Source: Thermoproteota archaeon
GTDB lineage: Archaea; Korarchaeota; Korarchaeia; Korarchaeales; Korarchaeaceae
Direction: 5' to 3'
Assembly: GCA_015522685.1 (NCBI GenBank)
Contig: WALU01000017.1
Location: forward strand, 1 to 13,000
DNA: 13,000 nucleotides
Position numbers and translations under genes: made by a program. Position 1 is the first letter of the stretch. Each line of letters opens with the position of its first letter. Shown here one piece after another: positions 1 to 7,564 of the stretch. Under the pieces are notes generated by a model, which was given only the letters and a program-made list of their open reading frames with translations, made no database searches and was not told the origin of the DNA.

Positions 1-384
1 AAGATATTCTTGGCATCCTATGGCTCTTTTTTAATAATTTTTCACACGATACACTCGGGAATGAGAGTTATCGATGAGAAATATCTTATGTTTTTTGAAG
101 TTTATAAAGCATCCAAATTCAAGATTTTGACAAAACTTTATCTCCCATACAGCGTGATATGGTTAATATCTTCATTGAGACTTGCCCTTCCAATAGCGTT
201 TGCCGGCGCCATAGTAGGAGAGTTCCTAGCAGGGGTGAATGGATTAGGAGTAAGGTTAGTTTATTATGAAAGTCTGTTTTATCCAGATGGTGTCCTTGCA
301 ATTACTTTTTTAATAGTCCTTATCATTTTAGCATTCTTATTTCCTCTCGAAATTATTGAAAGGAGGGTATTGAAATGGAGGTGA
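1..384 (+). CDS. ABC transporter permease, NitT/TauT (SsuC/TauC-like) family; 5'-truncated by window edge
   Basis: Frame is open from base 1 (KIFLASYG...). Hydrophobic helices, an EAA-loop-like segment (FEVYKASKFKILTKLYLP), 'AIVGEFLAGVNGLG' and the C-terminal 'IERRVLKWR' are typical of SsuC/TauC permeases. Confidence 0.85.
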   Translation, partial: KIFLASYGSFLIIFHTIHSGMRVIDEKYLMFFEVYKASKFKILTKLYLPYSVIWLISSLRLALPIAFAGAIVGEFLAGVNGLGVRLVYYESLFYPDGVLAITFLIVLIILAFLFPLEIIERRVLKWR

Positions 385-390
385 AAAATA

Positions 391-639
391 ATGGAAATTA
401 CTTATATTTGGCTTTCTTGCTATCATAAGTGCTGTTTTCGCGCACGCGAGCCGCAGCCAGAGATTTATAAAGATGGTATCTGGAGGTGGTCTTTTAAAAT
501 TGGAGATAGATTAGTTCCAATAACGGTTACTTCTACTGGCATGATGGAAAAGCCCAAATTGCCTTTGGCGACTTCTTTTAGCCGCAAAACGTTATCGGAA
601 ATAGCATATATGAAGAAGGTGAAATTATGGATGGGATAG
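391..639 (+). pseudogene. Short ORF containing a fragment resembling the N-terminal domain of archaeal AlkA-type DNA-3-methyladenine glycosylase
   Basis: 'EPQPEIYKDGIWRWSFKIGDRLVPITVTSTG..EKPKL' resembles the archaeal AlkA N-terminus (P-x-P-E-x-Y-x-x-G-x-W-R-R...G-x-x-V-P-V). No HhH-GPD catalytic domain follows. SD GGAGGTGA at 377-384. Confidence 0.45.
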
Positions 640-1139
640 AATATAAACCGATCGGAGTCATTCATTCTCCATTTAAAGAACCTAAGGGAACACCCATACA
701 ACCTGCAGGTGCTAAAAATGCTGATGGAACGGCTGAGCTATTTCCTGAATATGTCAAAGGCTTAAAAGATTTGAAAGACTTTTCTCACATTATTTTGATA
801 TATCACTTTCATTTATTCAAAGGGGGCTCCCTAAAAGTGAGGCCATATATGGATAGCAAAGTACGCGGAGTCTTTGCAACTCGAGCTCCAAGTAGGCCAA
901 ATCCAATTGGAATATCTGTAGTGCGTCTTGTCAGGATTGAAGGGAATATACTACATATCCGAGATGTAGACATTGTAGATGGGGCTCCCCTTTTAGATAT
1001 AAAACCATATGTTCCAGAATTCGACATAAGAGAAGTAGATAAGACAGGATGGCTTGAGAAAAATGTACATAAACTACCAACATCAAAAGATGATGGAAGG
1101 TTTCAAAATGATTTATATGGCTTCATGAAGAGTGACTAA
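627..1139 (+). CDS. trmO: tRNA m6t6A37 methyltransferase TrmO/TsaA (YaeB/AF0241) family SAM-binding protein
   Basis: Motifs PIGVIHSPFK, 'GLKDLKDFSHIILIYHFH', 'GVFATRAPSRPNPIGISVV' and 'DIVDGAPLLDIKPY'. SD AAGGTGA just upstream of the ATG. Confidence 0.93.
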   Translation: MDGIEYKPIGVIHSPFKEPKGTPIQPAGAKNADGTAELFPEYVKGLKDLKDFSHIILIYHFHLFKGGSLKVRPYMDSKVRGVFATRAPSRPNPIGISVVRLVRIEGNILHIRDVDIVDGAPLLDIKPYVPEFDIREVDKTGWLEKNVHKLPTSKDDGRFQNDLYGFMKSD

Positions 1140-1177
1140 AAATAATCCATCCTGTACCTAAATAGTTATTAGATCAC

Positions 1178-1639
1178 CTATTCTGAGAGATCATGGGGCC
1201 TGCATCCTATTTTCACCAGATCGTATGGCTTTAGCTTGATACCAGCATACTCGCTGCCCGCAGATCCAATTACCCAGTCCAGCATTAGGACAGCTTTCTC
1301 TATGTAGCAGGGCATAATCCCATAGAAGGCGAATGGAGGCACGCCTCCTGGCTCGTATCCTAAAATAGAGAAGATTTCTTCTGGAGTAGCCATCCTAGGT
1401 CTCTTCATACCTGAAAAGAGCCTTAGCTTCTTCACACTTACCCTCCTATCGCCTGTCGTTATGACGAATATGTATTCGCCTTTCTCTGTAAACACGAGGG
1501 ATTTCAATATCCTGCTTAGTGGAACTCCAAGCGCCTCGGAAGCTTCTATCGATGACTTACCGCTGGATTGATGCTTTATTACATCCCCTTCGATCCCTAG
1601 TTCCTTCATTAGCAGCATAGCTTTTTTTACAGAATCCAT
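1178..1639 (-). CDS. YbaK/EbsC (aminoacyl-tRNA trans-editing/deacylase) family protein
   Basis: 'ASEALGVPLSRILKSLVF' (conserved Lys), 'MATPEE...GYEPGGVPPF' and 'SAGS...IKLKPYDL'. Start set at ATG 1639 because a BRE/TATA lies 24-30 nt upstream. Confidence 0.9.
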   Translation of the reverse strand: MDSVKKAMLLMKELGIEGDVIKHQSSGKSSIEASEALGVPLSRILKSLVFTEKGEYIFVITTGDRRVSVKKLRLFSGMKRPRMATPEEIFSILGYEPGGVPPFAFYGIMPCYIEKAVLMLDWVIGSAGSEYAGIKLKPYDLVKIGCRPHDLSE

Positions 1640-1662
1640 TGCTCTTGAAGACGGAAGCAAAA

Positions 1663-1675
1663 TTAAAAAGCTTTC
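1663..1675 (-). promoter_or_regulatory. Archaeal BRE/TATA promoter for the YbaK gene (leaderless)
   Basis: Minus strand reads GAAAGC-TTTTTAA, with TTTTTAA 24-30 nt upstream of ATG 1639. Confidence 0.6.
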
Positions 1676-1800
1676 ATCTAAGGGACTTGAAACGCGTGCG
1701 ATAACCTACCGCGACAGGGAATGCCTAGCCATTTTCTAAAACTCTTCCAAAGTTCCACCAGGTATCCCTCAGGGAAGGAAGGTCAAGCTTCCTCCGGATA

Positions 1801-1851
1801 ACCGGAAACATGGCTGCTGAACTCATCAGGGAGGATAGAGATGCTAAATAA
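1801..1851 (+). pseudogene. vapB: C-terminal remnant of a VapB-type antitoxin
   Basis: Reads TGNMAAELIREDRDAK*. The 'AELIREDRD' tail is characteristic of archaeal VapB antitoxins, and it overlaps the vapC ATG at 1841. No recognisable N-terminal part upstream. Confidence 0.6.
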
Positions 1852-2274
1852 GGTCATCGTGGATGCTAGCGTTGCTGTGAAATGGGTGATACCTGAAGAT
1901 TATTCAGATGATGCCGTGAGGCTTCGAAACGACTTCCTCGACGGGAAAATAGAGGTGCATGCACCTGAAATCATTCCGATCAGGGTTGCCAGCGCCCTGA
2001 GGAAGTATCATTTGATTTGAGGAGAATAATAGATAAGGACGTAGCAGAGAAGGCCTTATCGCTGATAGTCAGATCTGATATAGTACTTCGCAAATCAAGC
2101 TTGGACAAGCTCCTCGAAGCTCTAAATCTAAGCTTTGATCTTGGCATCTCAATCTATGATGCGGTCTACATTGAGCTGACGCGTGAGCTGGAGGCACTTA
2201 TGCATACTGTAGATGATTGGGTATCCGTCCTAAGGATCACTTACATGGTTCCACGGTCAGAAATCAGTCAATAA
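1841..2274 (+). pseudogene. vapC: Frameshifted PIN-domain VapC toxin
   Basis: 1841-2020 reads MLNKVIVDASVAVKWVIPEDYSDDAVRLRNDFLDGKIEVHAPEIIPIRVASALRKYHLI*. It continues in another frame from 2017 (LRRIID...DLGISIYDAVYIELTRELEALMHTVD). PIN motifs VDASV, YDA and T-x-D are present. A 5-bp duplication at 2010-2019 causes the shift. Similarity seems to end near 2217. Confidence 0.85.
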
Positions 2275-2581
2275 GATCCTCTCCGGTATAGGTCTTGAGC
2301 TTATGGAGGATTATGAAGGCATAACTAGGGTGAGAGCTTACTCTGGTCGACCTCTAAACAAGAAATCCTTTTCTAAAGCTTTAAAGCTGTTGGCAATAGG
2401 CCTGAAGATGTATTCTTTGATAAGAAGCGTCCAAGAAGGGGGAAGCCATCAAGATCGCCTTGACAATGCTACCTCTCTTAGAGAGGATATAGAATGGAGG
2501 AAAAGGGTAATACAGCGCCTTCCAGCTACCCTTCATAGTAATCTTCATTCAGGCATCAAAGTAGCTTCCCGAAGAGCTTAA
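2234..2581 (+). pseudogene. Degraded HAD-superfamily hydrolase (C-terminal half, several frameshifts)
   Basis: Pieces across three frames: GSLTWFHGQKSVNKILSGIGLE..., SGRPLNKKSFSKALKLL / GNRPEDVFF / EASKKGEAIKIALT. Together they resemble the HAD pattern 'T...KP..F.KAL..LG..PE...F.GD...D.EAA..AG'. The 92-aa ORF 2303-2581 covers part of this. Confidence 0.4.
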
Positions 2582-2672
2582 TAGAGCGATCATCGCACGA
2601 TTGCCTGTATTGTAAAGAGTTCTGATGGATCGTATGATTTACTGTGAGCAAGATCTATGTGTACTGATTGAA

Positions 2673-2679
2673 TTTATAC
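2673..2679 (+). promoter_or_regulatory. TATA box of the nucleoside phosphorylase gene (leaderless)
   Basis: TTTATA at 2673-2678, 24-29 nt upstream of ATG 2702. No SD site. Confidence 0.6.
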
Positions 2680-2701
2680 GCTTAAGCTTCAATGAAAAGA
2701 T

Positions 2702-3454
2702 ATGTTCAAGGTCTCCAAGCATGTTCTAGCTGCCAAGCCTTGTCACATCCTAGTGAGGCCTGGAGATATCGCTGAACGCGTTTTAGTGGTAGGAGATCTC
2801 GGCAGGGCGAACTCTATAGCTAAGGAACTTCTAAAGAAAGCTAAGCTGGTGAACTCTAACAGGGGCTTCAACACCTACACGGGCTACTTCGAGGGAACCA
2901 AAGTTACGGTAGCTACTCACGGTATTGGTGGACCTTCAGCAGCGATAGCCATTGAAGAGCTAGTGATGCTAGGGGCTAGGCTCATTATCAGGCTCGGGAC
3001 CTGCGGTGGCCTCATAGAAGAAATCAAGGTAGGCGACGTTGTAGTAGCTATTGGAGCGTCTTACCCTCCTGGAGGTGCTGTGGGAATGTACGCTCCTAGA
3101 ATATGCTATCCAGCTGTCTCTGATCCCGAAGTTACCTTGGAGCTTCAGAAAGCTCTATCTGAGGAGGGCTTTAGAGTGTGGAGGGGCTTGGTCGCTTCAA
3201 GCGATGCGTTTCACGCCGAGGAAGCTAACCTCCCTACCTGGAGCTCTCTAGGGATGATAGCTGTCGAGATGGAGTGCGCAACAATATTCACGGTGGCAAG
3301 GCTTCGCAAACTTAAAGCAGGGGCTGCTCTTCTCATCATAGACAACCTAGCGACCGGAGATTTCTTCAGCTCCGGCTCCGAGGAACGCAGGTTATTGGAG
3401 CTCAAGGCAGCGAGGGGATCTCTAAGGACCTTGGTGAGATTGCCGATAGAATAA
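2702..3454 (+). CDS. Nucleoside phosphorylase, PNP/UDP family 1 (hexameric DeoD / archaeal MTAP-I type)
   Basis: 'HILVRPGDIAERVLVVGD.GRA', 'HGIGGPSAAIAIEEL', 'IIRLGTCGG', 'SSDAF' and 'AVEMECA'. Confidence 0.92.
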   Translation: MFKVSKHVLAAKPCHILVRPGDIAERVLVVGDLGRANSIAKELLKKAKLVNSNRGFNTYTGYFEGTKVTVATHGIGGPSAAIAIEELVMLGARLIIRLGTCGGLIEEIKVGDVVVAIGASYPPGGAVGMYAPRICYPAVSDPEVTLELQKALSEEGFRVWRGLVASSDAFHAEEANLPTWSSLGMIAVEMECATIFTVARLRKLKAGAALLIIDNLATGDFFSSGSEERRLLELKAARGSLRTLVRLPIE

Positions 3455-3514
3455 TCGAATTCCTAGTAAGGCTTTGGTGTAGTAGTTGAAGTTCATCTGG
3501 ATATTACTTTTTAC

Positions 3515-3538
3515 TGAAGAAGTTAGTGAAGAAGTTAG
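3515..3538 (+). repeat. Perfect 12-bp tandem duplication TGAAGAAGTTAG x2
   Basis: Copies at 3515-3526 and 3527-3538, ending 15 nt upstream of the amidohydrolase ATG. Confidence 0.9.
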
Positions 3539-3553
3539 AGTAGATCGATACCT

Positions 3554-5119
3554 ATGGAGGCAGATCTAGTCCTATTGAATGGTAATCTCTTCACAAGAGC
3601 TAGAGGAAATTCGCTTGCTATCTACCGAGGAAGGATAGTAAAGATAGGGAAAGAGGATGAAATAGCTCTTTTTATAGGTCATAAAACTAAAGTAATTGAT
3701 TTAAGAGGTAAGATAGTTCTCCCAGGCTTCATAGATGCTCATATCCATCTATCGCTTTTCGGCATGTCCCTCAGCCAGATATATCTGAGGGGAACTAGAT
3801 CTATAGAGGAGCTGAAGGCTAAGGTCAGGGAGAGAGCGAAAAAGGCTAAGAAGGGAGAATGGATGCTTGGGAGAGGATGGGATCAGGAGTTGTTTAAAGA
3901 GAAGAGGTATCCAACCAGATGGGATCTTGATGAAGCAGCGCCGGATAATCCTGTGCTCCTCATGAGGGTCTGTGAGCATGTTTCCGTTGCAAATAGCAAG
4001 GCATTGGAGTTAGCATCGATAACTAGGGAGACGAAGGATCCACCAAGGGGTAAGATAGACAGGGATGAGGAAGATGAGCCCACCGGGATCCTAAGGGAGC
4101 AAGCTGTGGAGCTCGTTCAGAGGGTTATACCTCCTCCCACTCTGGAGCAGCTCAAACTTCAACTGGAGCTGGCGATCAGGGAAGCTGTTAGCAAGGGCTT
4201 AACGTCGATCCACTTCATATGCTCTGATAGGTTCCCAGATGAGCTTAAGGCCCTTCAGTTCCTTAGAAAGGAGGGAAAGCTCCTCATAAGGATTTACTTG
4301 GTTCCTCCCTACAGTTCCTTGGAGAAACTGGAGAATCTAGGTATAATGACTGGATTCGGAGATTCCAAACTGAGGATAGGGGGAATAAAGGTATTTACAG
4401 ATGGATCCTTGGGTGGGAGGACTGCAGCCTTGGAGGAGCCCTACTCGGACATGCCAAGCGGGAAGGGTATGCTGATCTATTCACCAGAGGAGCTGAAGGA
4501 TATAGTGCTCAAAATTCACAAGGCAGGATTTCAAGCCATGATCCATGCCATAGGTGATAGAGCAATTAAAGTGGCGCTAGATGCCATAGAATTTGCCTTA
4601 AATGAGGAACCGAAGGCTCACAGGCATAGGATAGAGCATGTATCCCTCATCAACCCAACTCTCTTGAGGAGAATGAATGATTTAGGTGCTGTAGCTGTTT
4701 GTCAGCCCCACTTCATATTCTCTGATTTCTGGGCCAAGGAAAGGGTTGGCCCAAGGAGGGCAAGGTGGCTCTATGCCCTCAAATCCCTGAAGGAGGACGT
4801 TGTCGTTGCTGGATCTTCCGACTGTCCAGTTGAGCCATTGGATCCGCTGAGGGGTATATGGGCTGCCATTACGAGGCCTAACCTTGCAGATGATGAGAAA
4901 CTGAGTGTTGAAGAAGCAATAAAGATCTACACTATAGGAGGAGCTTACGCCTCATTTGAGGAAGGAGATAAGGGAAGTATAGAGGAGAGAAAGTTTGCAG
5001 ACCTCGTAGTTCTATCAGATGATCCAAGAGAGGTTCCTCCAGAGAGAATAAAAGACATAAAGGTGGAGATGACCATAGTAGATGGAAAGGTAGTGTTTTC
5101 AAGCGGTTCGATCAGTTAG
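3554..5119 (+). CDS. Metal-dependent amidohydrolase, family 3 (YtcJ-like)
   Basis: 'VIDLRGKIVLPGFIDAHIH', 'GRGWDQ', 'KVFTDGSLGGRTAAL.EPY.D', 'HAIGDRA', 'HRIEH', 'GSSDCPV' and 'KGSIE..KFADLVVLS'. Confidence 0.93.
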   Translation: MEADLVLLNGNLFTRARGNSLAIYRGRIVKIGKEDEIALFIGHKTKVIDLRGKIVLPGFIDAHIHLSLFGMSLSQIYLRGTRSIEELKAKVRERAKKAKKGEWMLGRGWDQELFKEKRYPTRWDLDEAAPDNPVLLMRVCEHVSVANSKALELASITRETKDPPRGKIDRDEEDEPTGILREQAVELVQRVIPPPTLEQLKLQLELAIREAVSKGLTSIHFICSDRFPDELKALQFLRKEGKLLIRIYLVPPYSSLEKLENLGIMTGFGDSKLRIGGIKVFTDGSLGGRTAALEEPYSDMPSGKGMLIYSPEELKDIVLKIHKAGFQAMIHAIGDRAIKVALDAIEFALNEEPKAHRHRIEHVSLINPTLLRRMNDLGAVAVCQPHFIFSDFWAKERVGPRRARWLYALKSLKEDVVVAGSSDCPVEPLDPLRGIWAAITRPNLADDEKLSVEEAIKIYTIGGAYASFEEGDKGSIEERKFADLVVLSDDPREVPPERIKDIKVEMTIVDGKVVFSSGSIS

Positions 5120-5154
5120 TGTGGATAGCGAGGAGGAGTCGCTGATTGAGATAT

Positions 5155-5241
5155 GAGGAGCCGAGGAACAACGTTGGCGCTGCGAACTTATCGCTCAGCG
5201 AAGAGGAGATCAAATATCTATCGTATGGAATGCTCGGATAG
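5155..5241 (+). pseudogene. C-terminal remnant of an aldo/keto reductase
   Basis: Reads EEPRNNVGAANLSLSEEEIKYLSYGMLG*, matching the AKR C-terminal pattern 'E.L.EN.GA....LS.EE...L'. There is an in-frame stop just upstream and no start. Confidence 0.55.
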
Positions 5242-5303
5242 GGCGAGGAGCTGATGAACTACGGCATTCAAAATAGTAAGCGAAAATTTCCATTTCTAAG
5301 CCC

Positions 5304-6437
5304 TTACTCACTAGATGGTATGTAAGGGCAAGCCGGATCCTCTTCCAATATATCACCGAAGAAGGATAATGCTCTAGCTCTGCTTCCTCCGCACACCTGC
5401 CTGAATTCGCAGACGCCGCATCTTCCCTTGAACTCAGCTGCTCTTATCTTTCTAAGCACCTCATTATTCCTATAAACGTCAACGAGGCTATCTGTCCTTA
5501 CATTTCCCAGCCTGTAAGGGGCGAAACCACTTGGATAGATCTCTCCGTTATGGGCCACGAAGATTATTCCATAACCGTCCCTAGTGTAAGCTGACTTCAG
5601 CTTAGGGTGATTCGTTGGAGGCCCAAAAAGATCAATTAGCTCCTCTGTAAGCTCCTTATAGAGGCGGCCAAGCTTATATTTGGAGGCAATTTCATCTACT
5701 TCCTCCGAACTAGATGCTGCCTTCCTTCTAGTCATAGCTACCCTCCTAAAGAATGGCGCCTCGACAGTCCTTACCTCAAATCCTCTAGCTGCGGCCTCAT
5801 ACAGAAAGTGAACTACATCTTCGCTCTCCTGAGGCGATAAATCTCTCAGTTCAATGCCCCTACCAACTTTTATCAGGAAGAATAACTCCCATATTCTCAC
5901 ACCTAGGTCGTGAAGGAGCTTTGCTACCTTTGGAAGATCGTGAACAGTTTCTCTCGCCACTAACGTGTTAACCTGGAGCATCCACCCAGGACCTGAGAGT
6001 CTCTTAAGAATGCGCACGGTAGCTTCGAAGTGGTTCTCTACTCCCCTAATGCTATCATGGATCTCCTTCATTCCATCGAGGCTTATTGAGATGTACCTGA
6101 TCCCATACTTCTTTAGGAGATTAAGTTTACCCTCAAGCAGCTCAGTCACTGCAGGTGCAATTCCTGCCCTTAATCCTCTTTTCCTTACATGCTCCAGAAT
6201 CTTCTCTAGATCCTCTCTCATCATCGGATCGCCGCCTGTGAGGATTAACACCGGTGAAGGCTTTCCAAACAAAGCAATCTCATCTATTAGTCTCCTACTC
6301 TCTTCAGTGCTCAGCTCTCCAGGTAGTGGCTCTGGTATCGCTTCAGCCCTGCAATGTTTGCATTTAAGCTTGCAAGCCTTAGTAAGCTCCCAAAATATTA
6401 AAATAGGCTTATCATTCATGTTCATGTTCGTGCTCAT
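5304..6437 (-). CDS. Radical SAM/SPASM protein, AhbD/NirJ-related (TIGR04053-like)
   Basis: 'PILIFWELTKACKLKCKHCRAEAIPEPLPGELSTEE' (CxxxCxxC), LTGGDP, 'SISLDG', 'WELFFLIKVGRG', 'TVEAPFFRR', 'RDGYGIIFVAHNGEIYPSGF' and 'CGVCEFRQVCGGSRARA...EDPAC'. ATG 6437 overlaps the upstream TGA (ATGA). Confidence 0.88.
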   Translation of the reverse strand: MSTNMNMNDKPILIFWELTKACKLKCKHCRAEAIPEPLPGELSTEESRRLIDEIALFGKPSPVLILTGGDPMMREDLEKILEHVRKRGLRAGIAPAVTELLEGKLNLLKKYGIRYISISLDGMKEIHDSIRGVENHFEATVRILKRLSGPGWMLQVNTLVARETVHDLPKVAKLLHDLGVRIWELFFLIKVGRGIELRDLSPQESEDVVHFLYEAAARGFEVRTVEAPFFRRVAMTRRKAASSSEEVDEIASKYKLGRLYKELTEELIDLFGPPTNHPKLKSAYTRDGYGIIFVAHNGEIYPSGFAPYRLGNVRTDSLVDVYRNNEVLRKIRAAEFKGRCGVCEFRQVCGGSRARALSFFGDILEEDPACPYIPSSE

Positions 6438-7543
6438 GGAAGCTTGATGCATGTCGGATCCTCCCCAAGAATATCATTTTCATATATATAGGCCTTGACC
6501 CTGGATCCACCGCAAAGTTCCTTGTACTTGCATGATCCACACTTTCCCTTAAGGTTGCTCGAATCTCCTATTGCTTTATAGAGGGGATTATCTATAATAT
6601 CCTTCAAGCTAAGACCATCCTTGACTACATTGCCTAGCTTTATTGGCAGGTAATTGCTCAACAGGACATCTCCTATAGGCGAGATAGATACAAAGCCCCT
6701 TCCTTCTACTGAGAGCCTTCTCTTCATCATCTTCTCCTCAGCTCTTGAGACATCATATCCCCTTCTCTTCAACTCCTCCATCACATAAATGGCTGCAGAT
6801 GGATGAAGTCCTATATCAAGCTCTATATCGGGATACTTATCTCCAAGTATCATCTCATCGATGAATTTATTCAACAGGTCCCTCCATTCGCCTTTGCTGA
6901 CTACCTCATCCTTCAGGAGAGCTCCTCTTCCTACAGGTATGAAATCGCACAGGTAAACAGCCTTAGCCCTGTACTTAGATGCGACCTCGAATATGTAATT
7001 TAAATTATTTAACACACTCCTAGCGACGACAGTCTTTATAGTCAGGCTTATCCCTAAATCACTGAGCAGTTCCAGGGTCTTGATCGCCTTATCATATACG
7101 GGCAAGCCGGTGAAATGATTGTGGAAGGGCTTGGGGCCATAGAGGGGAATAGCTACATTATCTATCCCCAGATCTGCAAATTTTTTAGCTATCTTCTCAT
7201 TTACTAGCGTGCCATTAGTGCTTAGGATTATCCTAAAACCCAGATCCTTGAGCCTTTCTAGAATAAGCGTTATATCTTTCCTAAGCAGAGGCTCCCCTCC
7301 GGATATAAAGGTTAGCGGCTTTCCTGCCTCGTAAAGCCTGTCTATTACCCTAAAAGCATCTTTTGTGGAGATCTCGGGAGTAGTGCGACCTCCTTCATAG
7401 CAGTGAATGCATCGAAGGTTGCACCTCTCAGTTACTACCCATATGACTGAGCTTATCCCTCCTCTAACTAAGGACCTGTGAGCAACCCTCTCTGCCTCAG
7501 ATAGTCCCTCATAATCCTTAAATAAGGATTTTAGATGAGTCAT
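6434..7543 (-). CDS. Radical SAM/SPASM protein, AhbC/NirJ-related, divergent
   Basis: N-terminal extension, then 'VIWVVTERCNLRCIHCY', 'SGGEPLLRKD', 'STNGTL', 'PVGRG' and 'LKGKCGSCKYKELCGGSRVKAY...LGEDPTC'. SD GAGGTG upstream of the ATG. Confidence 0.85.
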   Translation of the reverse strand: MTHLKSLFKDYEGLSEAERVAHRSLVRGGISSVIWVVTERCNLRCIHCYEGGRTTPEISTKDAFRVIDRLYEAGKPLTFISGGEPLLRKDITLILERLKDLGFRIILSTNGTLVNEKIAKKFADLGIDNVAIPLYGPKPFHNHFTGLPVYDKAIKTLELLSDLGISLTIKTVVARSVLNNLNYIFEVASKYRAKAVYLCDFIPVGRGALLKDEVVSKGEWRDLLNKFIDEMILGDKYPDIELDIGLHPSAAIYVMEELKRRGYDVSRAEEKMMKRRLSVEGRGFVSISPIGDVLLSNYLPIKLGNVVKDGLSLKDIIDNPLYKAIGDSSNLKGKCGSCKYKELCGGSRVKAYIYENDILGEDPTCIKLP

Positions 7544-7564
7544 TGTAGCACCTCTCGGATAAGC

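Noticed and set aside
119-1027. Minus-strand ORFs 119-301, 465-701 and 809-1027
   Set aside because: Antisense shadows of the permease, AlkA-like relic and trmO, with no recognisable motifs.
2017-2581. ORFs 2017-2274 and 2303-2581 as independent intact genes
   Set aside because: They are better explained as the second half of the frameshifted vapC and part of a decayed HAD gene.
3051-4083. ORFs 3051-3251(+), 3211-3405(-), 3749-3979(-) and 3883-4083(-)
   Set aside because: Out-of-frame or antisense overlaps inside the well-supported phosphorylase and amidohydrolase genes.
5965-7003. Plus-strand ORFs 5965-6447 (160 aa) and 6803-7003
   Set aside because: Antisense shadows of the radical SAM genes, with low-information Ser/Leu/Ile-rich sequence.
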